63,691 nucleotides of DNA, filler included, from Reticulomyxa filosa (GCA_000512085.1; 14 parts of 14 records of this genome joined end to end with filler, not necessarily neighbours in it); one strand, 5' to 3'. Shown: positions 45,892 to 59,214, numbered from the whole stretch's first letter. Notes: generated by a model from the letters alone, not told the origin. Program-made: numbers and translations.

Positions 45892-48800
45892 TTATTCTTG
45901 ATCGACAGTAGGATTTTCGCTTTCACTTTTTTCGGGTGTTTTTGTAACTTTTATTGAATCAATCGCTGGTATAATAACTTTTGAGGGACGATGTTTAAGT
46001 TCACGCGGTTTCCTGCGTTTGTAGTACAATACATATGCTGCTGAAGAGATCATCATGTCAGGATTGCGAACTTCACTAGTGCGACTGTCATCCAAATGGT
46101 ACCATCTTCCATTGTATAAATTTTTAGCGTATGCAGTGTAATGTCCACCTCCCATACCTCCCATATGATTTGAAATTCCATACAAATCATATACAGCATC
46201 ACGTTTATACTCGTCACACACAATCCATGGCGACATGTCCAGTCCTTCCAATGGGAATTTCACCAAAGTGTTAATGCGATCCCTCCATTGTCTTGTATAC
46301 GAAAACCGTTTCAAATGGATGATCAACAAATCTGGAGCACTCCACAAATCCATTTTTTTCTTGGCGCATCTATACCATTATATGAATTTGTTTTTTAACA
46401 GACAGTTATTGTTCCTAGAATGGGTTTTGTTAACTTAAAATCGGAGCATTTGCTGCAATACCAGGCATCGTTTTCATCTAATATTTCCTCCTCAGTGAAA
46501 GCATCGACACAAGCTCCCAATTCTACTGGTTTTCCGCTGGCTCTGTCCTCATCGTCCAGATAACTGCTTGAGTTAAGTGGTGCTGGAGCACTTTCATGTC
46601 GCAGTCGTTTCTCACGCAGGCATATTTCCTCGTTGTACTCACTTCTGTCTGGGAAATGCAAATTGAATTTAAAATGGCGTTCTTTCAGCGGAAGAGGGTC
46701 ATCCTTGTCTTCTAGTTGCAAGACGGAGGAGAATCCATAAGTTGCAAAGCATGTGAAAGGCAATTTTTGGTCTTTACCCAAACCCCATTTTTCTTTGTCG
46801 GTTAAATAAGGTTTCACCAAATTAAAAATCCTTTCAATTGCTTCTTTGTGTGAAACAGGTTTGTCCAGTGGAAATGTCACCAATAATGGCATACCAATTT
46901 GCTCGTCTTCATCACGATGATAACCACCACGAGCTTGAATGCGAGTTTGGCACAACACTACAAAGACATTGAAGAGAGGACCTTTTTGATCAGAAGCACC
47001 TGCTTTGCTGCTAGTTCCATTTTCGTCAGAGTCGGCTGCTTCTTCACTTTTATCTTTTTCCTTGTTTTTATTCTTCTCCTTGTCTTCACCAGAAATTGTT
47101 TCATTTGGTATTTCAGGTTTTGGAGCGTAAAACACGATAATATCGTCATTTCGGCGATTAATTTCCGCAATCATGTCACGGCCTTTAAGTTCATGATGAA
47201 TCTTTGATTTCCATACATCACAAACGTATAAACTGTCTTTATCAATTTTAAATTGCTTTGCGATAGCACTCTTTAGCATTGCAACATCAGCGACTTTCAA
47301 CATCTATGTACAATCCATATTTATTATATGTATAAATACTGGTCATCCCTTGTGTTTTTTGGTTCTGAAAAACCACAAAAAACAAATCTAACCTTGACGC
47401 CGTAGACTGTTGGTGGGGCATTGGGATCGCCAACCCAAGTGAATTCCAACATTTTATATCGCTCAGTGGGCAGGGGTACACTCAAAAACATGTATGGATC
47501 AAAGGTGATCGACACACGACCACAGTCTGGACATTCTACACGAGACTTGTATTGTCCTTGCAACAGATCCACAATGGCAGATATATTTCTTTTCAAATAT
47601 GTGCGCCATGCTTCTGCTGCTACAACTTCGTCTGGACGACCATTCGATTCCACAGCTTCGGTGGCCGGTTTTTCTTGGACTTGATTCAAATCTTCATGTA
47701 AACCGTCTAGCAAAAAAGACAACAATTCCTGGCTGTCTTGTTGAGAATATCCCATAAATCTAATAAAAATCCAAAGCAAACACGAACATAAGTTTTTGAA
47801 GCATTTATTTGATAACATAAATTATTGTTGCTATATGTTTTTACAGAGATTTCAAAAGATAATAAATAAATCACCTTGGAGCTACTTCTCCAATGGCGGT
47901 TTTAAATTCTCTTGGGGCTATGACTTTATATTTATTGCTAAACATATCTTGCAACAACTGTGCCCAAGCTTGAGCAACTTTTCCTTTCCAGCCCAATGGA
48001 TTTTTATGATTGATATGATGAATAAAATCTCCTTTGAGAAAATATTCTGTCAAATATGGTGATTGTGCCAAGCATTGGATTGTGGAATTCATGAAGCAGG
48101 TGTTTCCCAAGTTACGCAGTCCCACTACCCCCTTTTGTTCGGGGGTTCCCTCGTCATGAGAATATCCATACCACGAGGAAGACGCGCTTGAGAAACTCGA
48201 ATAAGTGGTTTTCTTTTGTGGTTGAGGGCGATAAGGCTTGCCTTTTGTGTGAGTATGTCGCATAGCTAATCTTTCATATTCACCGATGGAGATCCATTCG
48301 TCCCATTTACTGTCCCATCCGATAAAATGTACCACCAATTTTCCAGCATGCTCTGTTCCTTCTTTTCCGACGTAGCGAACATATCCCTCATACCATTTTC
48401 GTTGGTCATCCTTTTTTGTAATGAAAGTTCATTTTGATGAACATACACAAGCAAAAAAAAAAAAAAAATTTAATATAAAAATTAACTTGACCATCCACGA
48501 TATCTCCAACTTGAAATTGTTTCCATTTTTCTGGCCCTTTGACCAATGGCCATGGGAACTTTTTTTCTTCTTCATTATTGTTTTCAGTTTGTTTGCTCCA
48601 ATCAATTTTCTTCTCGACCAAGAGGACCACATCCTTTGGCAACATCACGTCATTTAACGAAGTCTTCAAATGATCGTCTGGAATTTCCACGTATCGATTG
48701 GGGTCCTCATCTTTTAAGTCATCCATTGTCACTGTGGCTCGCTTAGTCGTTACTGGGTATATTTTTTTGATATGTTCAAATGATACCCACAAATGCACTG

Positions 48801-49569
48801 ATGGTGCTTCACTGTCCTCCGTTCCTCCTTCAAGGAAAGTTATTACGTCTTGTAACGTTTGATGCTCTTGAAAGGATTGTATTTGTGGCTTCGTTGTATC
48901 ATATGTGCCATTAGGATTTACTTCAGCAAGCTTCAAAAATTTCGGATACATTGCAATATATTTCTCACGAGTCTACACAAACAGAAAAGCCGATTTTTTA
49001 TCCTTTTTTTTATACGTTTTTTTTAATTTTATGTTTTTTTTTACAAAACAAACATAAGTAGTGCCGCGCTCGTAGACTTTTCTTGGAAATTCCGGCCCTC
49101 CTCCATACCAAGAATGCAACAAATTCCAATGGGCAGAATGCAACCAAACATGGGTTAAATGCTCTTCTAACTCTTTTTTCAATTGAAGCGAATCGTCTTG
49201 ACTTGCAAGCTCGCTGTTATCAATTGGCCCTGGTCTCGGCACATCGCGCATGTGCAAGTTCTCGAGTCCTTCTTCGATGTCTTCATCCTTGATTAATTGA
49301 GTTTTTTTTTAGGATAAAAAATTCACTTGTTTTACCCCTTCTTATACGTACATAAAAATTTTTTTGGGAACAAGGGCTTGTTACAAAACCTTTTTGTTGT
49401 AAGCAGTATATTCGATCCATGATTTGTACCATTTTGCCGATATTGGATACCAAGTATCTCCGACTTGCTGAGTTTTTTGACCAACTTCCTTGTACAGCTG
49501 GCGTTGTTTTTGGGGGGTTAGTTCTTCTTTGTTAATATTTTCAGCGGGAGTTTGCTCCGGTTCGGACAT
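45892..49569 (-). CDS. USP4/11/15-like ubiquitin-specific protease (DUSP, Tudor/MBT-like insert, split catalytic domain); multi-exon
   Basis: DUSP: GDTWYPISAKWYKSW...PGPIDNSEL...WYGGGP. Cys box GLRNLGNTCFMNSTIQCL; QQDSQELLSFLLDGLHEDLN; WYCSKC; His box YGISNHMGGMGGGHYTAYAKN...WYHLDDS. Confidence 0.92.
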
Positions 49570-49910
49570 TATTCCGTTATATTCCAGAATCAACTATGCT
49601 AAAAAGGAACAAACTTTATTCAACTATTCAGGGTTTGCCAAATTTTTCAAGTAGTTCTAGTTCTGTGCTTGTGTTTTTTTAACTGTGAAAACCTGTGCTG
49701 GTGAAGCAGCAACACTGATGCTTTTTGTAAAATATTTGCAAATAGCGTGTCTAGAGCTTTTATGTCAAATTTAAACTTAAAAAAATTGTTTTGTTATGAA
49801 AGTGATCAAAATCTGTAAGGAACTGCAACATCCTTTTTGGTTGCAATTACTTTATTGGTGGTCAAGCTTGTGCTTGAAAGAAAAAAAATAAGACCCTTTT
49901 ACGCATTACA

Positions 49911-50599
49911 ATGCGTCGTGGGCAATGTTTTTTTTTTCAAAAGAGATCGCGAATGACTCTATTAATATTTTGGCTGTTTTCTTTCGTGTTTTGCTTTTAT
50001 TTGTGTAATATAATGAGAGGCTGTTACGACATCTCTTCAAGAACTCTGCAAACTGATGTAGAAGTGATAAATAAATTGCAGAAAGAGAGCAAAGCAAAAC
50101 AAAGATCACAAGTTGTGACATTTGAAGGAGAAAATGAAAATGAAAGTAACAAGAATGTAATGAGCGAAGCAAAGGCAATATTTCCACACTATTCATGTGT
50201 TGAGCATATGGAGCAATGTGTAATATACAAAATTGTGCCCACAGTCTATGAAATGAAGAAAACATCAGCGATATTGTCTGTTTTCATGAACATTCAAAGT
50301 CGAATGAAAAATATGTTGCGAAACTTGACACAATCTACAACAATCACAAAAATAATCAATACTCATAAATTTGTGACCAGTATTCGTCGCGAATACATGT
50401 TGTTTTATCACGAGAAACTGCTGCCAATTGCGACCAGAGAAGATGTTGAATACTACGATCTAAATGCAATGTTCGATGAGGTATTGGATCTATTTCAAGT
50501 GTTGTTCCTCAAATGGGATGACATCGCCGTTCATCAGCCCTACTTTTTAATGCACATTTCGAGATCTGCAGGTCACTATTGTTTTTTTTTTTTTTTTTT
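49911..50599 (+). CDS. Type II membrane protein, possibly sulfotransferase-like; 3' truncated
   Basis: N-terminal TM (LLIFWLFSFVFCFYLCNIM), stem, then YFLMHISRSAG resembling the 'F.HIPKTAG' PAPS-binding loop. Confidence 0.4.
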
Positions 50600-50699
50600 N
50601 NNNNNNNNNNNNNNNNNNNNNNNNNNNNNNNNNNNNNNNNNNNTTAATTAATTAANNNNNNNNNNNNNNNNNNNNNNNNNNNNNNNNNNNNNNNNNNNN
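50600..50699. other. Artificial contig linker
   Basis: N44-TTAATTAATTAA-N44. Confidence 0.98.
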
Positions 50700-52919
50700 C
50701 TTAGCAATGAATGTGTCCAATCATTGAATCGAGTTTGATAAAAGGATTGGAAAACAAGCCAACATTTTTCCAAGCCCCCACAATAATGTCCACGGATTTG
50801 TTTTTTTCTTGTCATAATGATTGCTGTTAAGCAATACGTCGGTCACTTCTTTGGTTAGATTCGTGTGTTTGCCATTACGCCACAAGAAGTCAAGCAAATA
50901 GTTTTCAATGCGAACTTTTGGAAAAAATTCGGGATTCTTTCGCAGTTTCAAGTCTGTGATGAGGACCTGGATAAAATCCTTTTCATTAATTTGCAAAGGT
51001 TGTTCGATTTTCTCGTTAATGGTTTGCAAAAACGACTCAAAGAAGCGAGGGAATTGCTTTTTCAGTAAGGAGTCGGGGAACCCCAAGTAGTTGAAGCACG
51101 GGATTAACATAAACTTGTCCAATGCAGAGCACATTGCTTTGTTCCTGCCATTGTGTGTCGTATCATCAAAAGAAATGAGGTTGTGCAATAGTGGGTCTAT
51201 GACTGCCGGCAAAAGTTTTTCAGAAGATTGACCTTTTGCTATCAAATTCACTATCGCAAATAATTGCTTTGCAGACAACCATTTTCCATTGTTCACTTCT
51301 TTGCCAACACTACATCCAAATAAGGCTCGATAGGCCTAACATATAAGTATATACATATATATTTTTTTTTCACAATGATATGGCTATGTATGTATGTATG
51401 TACTCTCTTTCTTACATGCTGTGCCGTCACTGAATTGAGATCATCCAATTTTGGAGCGATTTTATCGAATATCGCTTTAATGTCTGCTGAATCCAATTGG
51501 AACGGCTTCAAATCTTTGACAATGGCAATTGCGGCGCAAAACGACTTTTCATCCACGATTTCGCTTATCAGATGGTCCAGGATGACCGCAGTATAGTTTT
51601 TCGATTTAAACCGACTCTTTTCTTCGATGATGACAGCATTGGCGAATGCAATGATATCTTTCTCCGCTGTATTTTGGTTGTGAGAGTGGATTCTGCAAAA
51701 TGAATTGCTGACCGACACTTGGAAATCGCCCCAGTATAGCCAAGGGGTGTCTGCTTTTACTAATTGCAACGTAAAGCTTTCATCTGATTTTGTTGTTGTT
51801 GTTGTTTATTTTTGAGGCACTCCATTTTTCATACTATATATACATATATGTATATGTATACGTTAGATAATAGAGAGAGTGGATTGAAGAGAAAATTACA
51901 AATAACCTTCAACAGTGTTTGGAAAAGAGACAGTACGAGTACTTGCTTTGGTACACCCTGGACAACAGAGATAGATGCGTAAACGCTTGATTTTAAGAGC
52001 GTTTTGTTGCAACACAACGTAATGAAGGTTATTGAAAGAATCTGATCTGGTTGATGGAGGAACCATCACAATTTGTCTCAATTCGGATTGCAACAGCTCC
52101 CAATCTTCATCCTCCTCGCTTTTTTCATGAAAGCGCTTAGTGAAATCCTGCAGTATGCTGATGATGTGGAGGGTATTTTGAACATTTTCATGAGTGACGG
52201 ATGACGACATGGCGTCGGTATTGGCGAAGCTGGTGGCTACCCGATCGATAAGTGCCGATGATACCTTACACTTTTCGAGAATGCACTCGTAGATTACACA
52301 CTTAATTACTTTCAATATGATCTGCAGCTTCAGCCATCTCAGTTTGTTTTTGTTTTCACTATCTTGGGAGTACTCGACGCAGCGATTGGCCAAGTTGGAT
52401 ATGTCTTCATCTCTCCATTTTGCCCAATCCATATTCTCTGTTATCGTCACACAAAACACACATATTTTGCAATGTTTGTTTCTAATGGAAAAAAGACAAA
52501 TCAACAGTCTTTTTTTTAAATACCATGATCCAAACCTTTGAAAGAATTATGGAGCCAATCCAGAATTTGAAGTGCTTCTTTTTCTTTATTCTGCACTGAA
52601 GTGGTAGGTTCGATCTCTCCAATTTTTTTTCTGTATGTTTTTGTTTGTTGTTAAAAAAAAAAAAACCATTAGGGATTAGCATACAGTTATCGCAATTTCA
52701 AAGCTCATATATTTATATTCGTTTGTTTTGTTAACAAAAAAAAGAAAGACAGAACGAAGGAGCTCTCTCAATGACTTTGATATCGACAGCTTTCCATTCA
52801 TCATTCACAAACTTGCAGCGAAACTCGAGCTTGTCCCCCCCACTCTCAGTTTTTCCTTTTTTTCGTCATCGAGAAGGATCAGTTTAGTGGGTTGTTGCTT
52901 TTCATCATACACACATATA
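50700..52919 (-). CDS. Internal multi-exon fragment of a large alpha-helical hypothetical protein
   Basis: Colinear minus-strand ORFs (51896-52504, 51293-51769, 50721-51296) separated by (AT)-rich introns; no family recognised. Confidence 0.55.
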
Positions 52920-53019
52920 NNNNNNNNNNNNNNNNNNNNNNNNNNNNNNNNNNNNNNNNNNNNTTAATTAATTAANNNNNNNNNNNNNNNNNNNNNNNNN
53001 NNNNNNNNNNNNNNNNNNN
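52920..53019. other. Artificial contig linker
   Basis: N44-TTAATTAATTAA-N44. Confidence 0.98.
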
Positions 53020-53155
53020 TTTTTTTTTTTTTTATTTGCACATATATGCATATATATTGCGCTTTCACGCAACTTGCCGGTTCATAAGTACGCTTATTCA
53101 AAAGGTTTGATAGATCATCCCAACGCTTTTGTTGAGCCAAATCTAAAATTGACAT
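53020..53155 (-). CDS. First exon of an unknown gene (ankyrin-like opening helix pair)
   Basis: MSILDLAQQKRWDDLSNLLNKR, running into an intron-like tract and the contig end. Confidence 0.3.
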
Positions 53156-53384
53156 TTGCTGCTTTTTCTCTCTCTTCTGATTCAGAGATGAAATTGCGAA
53201 TAAGCGGAAGATAGATATAAATTTTTTATGATTTTCCCTCCTGCTTAGTTGGTTTTTCTTGAAAAATATGCTTTTGGCAATCTTTTTCGAATGCTCATAA
53301 ACGTGACGAATGAGTAAATGTTGACAAAAATCTGGAAAGAAAAAAAAAGATTAAAAGTAGAAGAAAATAAATTGTAAGCAATTA

Positions 53385-56300
53385 ATGCGGATGTATGATA
53401 AATTAGTGTTGATTCTCGCATTTGGGAGCATATTGAATTATAAAAGTGGAGAAACTTCTAAATCAATTGTATATCTAAATGTAAACTCATGCCAATTCAA
53501 TAATAATGGAACACAACTACACATTGTTTTCAATCATAATGGTGTTGGCTTGTCTAAAGACTACAACGTGACAAATAAACATTTATGTTATATTCTTTTT
53601 CCAAAAGACTCGGAGGACAAACTTGTAAATTCTAATTGCAGTATTGACTCAATTAACCAAAACCAAGTACTTATCGTTCAATTGTCTCAATCAGCAAAAG
53701 TGTTTATCGGAACTATACTTGAAATGTTTCCACAAAATATTTTGCAATGCAGCAAATCAAACGCAACACATTTATTCAAATTCGCAAACTTGTCTTATCT
53801 TATCAACGTTGCAAATGCACCCTCTCCAAACTCTCCTGTTTTTCAGATCATTGATTTGTCCAGTCAAAGTTGTTACTATCACCACGTTGTCTTAACACCT
53901 CTAACCACACAGTTTGCTGGATACGGTCACCAGAGGTACTTGTGGACAGCACAAGGGACAACCTCATTGAACTTTTCTCAATATGATATCATTACTAATA
54001 CATCCATTCTACAACTACCAGTTTTGTAATCGCAAAAAATAAATAAATACATATCTATGGTCACTTTATAAGAGATGGCCTCTATTTTTCATCTGCCTTT
54101 CCTTCTCTGTCAATTGGACGAAGCTCCTGCTGTTATGTTTGAATAAAACTGCGATTGAATACAATATAATGTATACTTGTCAGTACGCTGTCGTGTTAAA
54201 GTCATTAGAAAGTCGTTCAAACAGCAACAATAGAAACGAAACAATTAAAATTATTCTCCAAATCAGCAATGTATTGATGAAATCAAGAAATGGAACATTT
54301 GCGATAGATTTCAATGTAGTTGTTCAAGACAAAAAAATGTGCAAGATGTATTGGCAAAAAACAGAGTGGGTTATTGGAATGATAATAAGCTGCTTAATCA
54401 TAGTATTATATATTTTGCAATGCGTGAAGTTGTATTACTCCGACAAATATTATGTCCTAACTATTCGCAATAAGCATTTGCAACTCGATCCTTGCACATG
54501 TGTTGGCTTGTTTGTATACGTAACATTGCGTATGATAAACGCCATATTTATCGAATTCCGATTTCTTTTTCTGCATTTTGGACATACCATCGTCCAGTAT
54601 CGCTCACACGTTTCTTTCTTATCGGTCGAATACAATATTGCTGGCTCCATACTTCTTTCTTTTCTAGGATGGATTTTTCTATACATTCCTTATAGCTACC
54701 ATTTGCTTCGAATCATCAATGCCGCAATCAATCAAAATAGTTTATGCATATTCAAATAAACCAATAAAAAGAAATAAAATAAAACAAACAATAATATTGC
54801 CATTCTTTTGTAAAAATATCCAAAAACAAAACATTACTTTTTGCGGGAAAAACCAAAAAAAAAAAAAGGATCCCTGGACATGTTGAAAAATTCAATTGGA
54901 TGTCATATTGTAATATTTTCGGCGATTATCGTTATATCGATAGTAATATCGGACAATGAATATGTGTCTTACGCATTGATCGCGATATCACTGACATATC
55001 TGTTGGCTGGTACTTTGTTGATAGCCGTCCAAGTGAACGACCAATTCTGCATTCTCCAAAAAGTGTGCGTCGACAACACACAAGAAAATAACGTGTCAAC
55101 GGATATCTCTACGTCTTATGTTTACAGCAGAGAGAGAAAATTCAACAAAGAGGGGGAAACGATCATACTTTCAATCACATTTGACAGGCTCCAACAGGGA
55201 CGATTTGTCTTATTGTTTTGGATGCTTTTGCATGTACGTATACATACACGCACTAACGTATACGTATAAACGTAAAATTTGAATATAGATCTAATTGTTT
55301 CTATTGAGATTTGTGTTACCACAAAAGCAATATCAATAATTTAAAAAAAAAAAAAGATAGCAATTTTATATGCGTTTGCGTTTATTCCGAGTTGGTTCCC
55401 GAAAGTGCATGTCTATTGGTCTCTTTGTTCTGTCATGGTAGATTTGTATATCACAAATGGCATCACTAATTTGTATCGATCATCGGACACCAGTTTGTGT
55501 GAACTCTGTTGTTTGGTCATGCATACTTATCAAGATATACACAGTCATGAAAGTAGAGAGCTCTACACCAATGACGAGACATATGTAGATGACTCTACAC
55601 AAGTGGCTCCATCTCTTGTTAATGGAGCCACTCAAACCACACCGCAGCCGTATAGTATCATACAATGCAACGGACACTACCAAACAGTAGCAGATCAAAT
55701 GCATGCGTGGTATGGTAACTCTATTCCAGACGCAGAGTTGGAGTCTGATTTTATCTATCCTGACTCTGTTCTGCATCATCAAAGGTACCGAAACATGATA
55801 TATACATATATATGTATGCACAAGAAAAAGAGTGGCTCTACTTTCTGCCTTTATTTGTCTCTTTGAATTTACGAATTACAGAAAACATTCGACAAAAAAT
55901 ATAACAGGATTGTGAGACGACAAAGTACTCAGCTTGATCATCCCATCATCACACACCAGTTTGCAAATACATACACATATATGCATATCATATATACATA
56001 TATATTTATTATAACACTTTTTTTTTTTTGGAATTTTTGCCAAACAAATCAAAGGTATGCAGTGCATCCAAATTTTTTTCGCAGTGCGTCGAATTTAGTA
56101 CCAGCACAAGCACAAAGGTACTCTAAAAAAAAAAACCGAGTTGAAACTCCCTCCAAAAATAAAACAAAAAATATATATATGCAAAAAAACATCAAAAAAG
56201 GAGACTGCACGATGAGACAATCCACTTTGCCGCATGCAATCAACAACACATGCCAATTCATGTTGTGAAGCGCCGTTGGGTCCAAGAGTCCAAAAGAGTT

Positions 56301-56633
56301 CAATCAGTTTTCCGTACTTTATGTTTGTTTCACTTACTGCTTTGCATTCATTCCTTGTTTTTTTAATTGTTTTATTCTTTCCTTCCAATTTGTAAGCCGA
56401 GTCAAGTACATTTACCCAGACAAAAGAGTGCCCCCGAAGTGCTCGAAGCAAATGAATCTGAAAGCTCAAAGCAATCTCAACAGAGCTGCTCTTCGACCGT
56501 TGACAAAGATCTGCCGATGATCCTCGAAGATATAGATCATAAACACAATTCCCATGGGCCAAAAAAGATGAGGAGAGCTAACATTCCCCGTTCAGATATT
56601 ATCATTTTCCAGGAAAAAAATTCACTCAGCTAA
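53385..56633 (+). CDS. Putative 7TM receptor with signal peptide and Cys-containing REJ/PKD-like ectodomain; multi-exon
   Basis: Signal-like MYDKLVLILAFGSIL; beta-rich, N-glycosylation-site-rich ectodomain; 6-7 hydrophobic segments between 54360 and 55460; polar cytoplasmic tail to the stop at 56633. Confidence 0.5.
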
Positions 56634-56844
56634 AAAATTGTCCTTTTAAAACTTTCTTGAGAGTAATTTCTCTAATTGAATTAGTAAAAAGTCATTGCTC
56701 TTTTTTTTTCACAATAAAAGAACTTTAAAAAACGTTTATTAAGAGAAACAAATAAACGAATAATGTTTTCGCATTCATCACTTAGCAAACAGAGCAAGGT
56801 AAATACTTCTCGTAATAGGTTAGAACAGCCAAATATACAATTGA

Positions 56845-56944
56845 NNNNNNNNNNNNNNNNNNNNNNNNNNNNNNNNNNNNNNNNNNNNTTAATTAATTAA
56901 NNNNNNNNNNNNNNNNNNNNNNNNNNNNNNNNNNNNNNNNNNNN
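56845..56944. other. Artificial contig linker
   Basis: N44-TTAATTAATTAA-N44. Confidence 0.98.
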
Positions 56945-59085
56945 AACAGTCGAACAGACTTCCAACAATACTCTCAAAAAAAGGGAAGAAGCATTGCCTC
57001 GCTTAATATCTGCAAATGAATCTGTGTCTGGCCAAAAAAATAACACAATGTCCATGTTACTTGATTTGTACATCAGTTCCAATTCTTTTGGAGTCTTGTC
57101 CAACTTCAAAAAGGCGTCTTTCAAATTAATTATTGCATACACACCCATGCTGAGATACTCTTCACTTTTTTCACTAATCAACATATCTTGTATGGGTTTG
57201 GATATGCAATTCAATATTTGCAATTGCCAAATCACTTCTTCCTTTGTTCCAAACAATCCAACTGGATGAATTTTCAAATGTTTTAAATCATTCATGCTAA
57301 TTTTGGAGGCACTCTCCGTAGATATGGTCGATTTGCCTCCAATGAAATTTATAAACTTTTCCAAATGATCCGAATTCAGCACTGGTTTGGATGCCAATGC
57401 ATTATCTTGACTTCAAATATGAACTGATGCAATGTAAATACAATGAACTGATCATCGTAAAATCCACTTGCATGCTTGTAAATTCGACCTCTCTTTTGTT
57501 CATCAGAAAACATTGGCAAATCCACTTTCACTGTCCGTAACATATTTCCAAACGGATTAGCAAAGATGTCATCGATTTGGCTAGCATCAGCATCATTTTT
57601 GTTTTTATTACTGTTGTTAATGTTTGTTCAATCAAGTATAACTTTTTTTGCACCAATGCCACTGCATCTTTGTTGACACTACCATCAATATTAAATGTTT
57701 TCTTTTGCTCCTCTTCCTTTGTTTCTTCGTCTTTTTCAACAACCACTTCTTTCACTTCAAATCCACATAAACCAAGGAAGATACATTCAATTCAAATTCC
57801 TCTGAACTGTGGCTTCATACATATTCAATTTGCATCAAGTCAAAACATCGATTTATTAAAGATTGCGAACACAAACTTTTCTTCGTGGATTTAAGTTTGA
57901 AGAAAAAAAAAAAGAAGTCATTTTTTTGTCACATACCCTTGCGTTTTCATATCTCCTAAAGTGTCTTTCAATTTCTGAAAGTCTTCCTCAAATTTGCCGC
58001 TGCTTAGATTTTCCAAGGTATTTTTGAATCTTGGACGATAGTGCTTTCGATGATCTTCTTGAATTTTGGATAAACGAACACCAATATCTTTCAATGTAGT
58101 TTCTACTTTCAACTCCAATTTTTCTTCTTGCAACTCCTTTTTCGATATATTCACATTGATGTTACTTTCTTCTTCATCTTCACTCGTAATGGCACTTTCA
58201 ATGTCCATTGCTACATCGACTTTGATTCCTTTTTCTTCTTCTTTTTTGTCTTCACTTTTTTCTTGTAACGCTTGCACTGCAGTTTGGAACGCACGAGCAA
58301 AGCCAAGCCTTATCGAACACTTTTTGCACAATTCGTCCAATTCAGAGTGGCTTTTTGACACAAGTTCGCGATTGTTTTTTATGCCATGTTTCATTAGCTC
58401 TTGACTAAATTTTCCAAAACCGTTGTTCTGACACCATTGCTGTATTATTTCGTGTGGATAAAAAGAAAGAGTAACTCTGACATTTATACAAAGAAAGTTA
58501 AAGGTAGTTGCAATTACACGACGCTAACCTCAAATTCGGTTTTTTGTTGCTCTAAAACCGCAGTTTTAAAATTGCGTAAATATCCTAATTTCATTCCAGC
58601 TGCCTTACTAATGTCATCCAATTCATCTTCTGTTTTGCTCAAAAACATTTTTGGGTCAGTATAACCCGCTTTAGTCAATGCATCTTTGAACTGGGCGATA
58701 TTGCAATCTTTACAGAATTTCTTTTACAACAACAAACGTCCAAAGATTGAGTTTTAAAAAAAGAGCCACGGAAAAAAAAAGCTACGAGGGAAAGAAAGAG
58801 CCATGGGGGAAAAAAGAGCCACGGGGGAAAAAGAGCCACAAAAAAACAGAGCCTTGAAAAATAGTAAACCTGCATCTCATCCGCAACGGATACATCAGTT
58901 GCAAAAACAACTGATTTAAATTTGTCTTTCTTTTCATTGGATAGAAGCAGTATTTCGCAGATTTCATTAAAATCCGCTTTTAAACCTTCTTTGTCCTTAA
59001 TCCCTCCTTCTTCAATTACTGTCCCGATATATTCTTCAAAACCATTTTGTCTCAACCAGTCTGCAAAACCACTTTCTGTTGCCAT
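56945..59085 (-). CDS. Large protein, N-terminal part: three tandem SAM-like domains, coiled linker, then a conserved alpha/beta domain; truncated at contig end
   Basis: FADWLRQNGFEEYIGTVIEEGGI..., MQ|KFCKDCNIAQFKDALTKAGYTDPKMFL..TEDELDDISKAAGMKLGYLRNFKTAV, FE|QWCQNNGFGKFSQELMKHGI...SHSELDELCKKCSIRLGFARAFQTAV; downstream IHPVGLFGTKEEVI...GVY...VLFFWP...FLRVLLEVC. Confidence 0.6.
58759..58853 (+). repeat. Intronic imperfect tandem repeat, 16-19-bp unit AAAGAGCCACGGGGGAAA
   Basis: About six copies visible inside the intron 58721-58869. Confidence 0.8.
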
Positions 59086-59214
59086 CGTTGCACGACAGTT
59101 TTAAATTTCACAAAATACTCCAAAAATGAGTATAAGATGAAAGACTTACAGCAACAACGCAACAAAAGAAATTCTAGGGTTTTTTAAATGATGAACTTTT
59201 TTCTTTTTTGCAGT

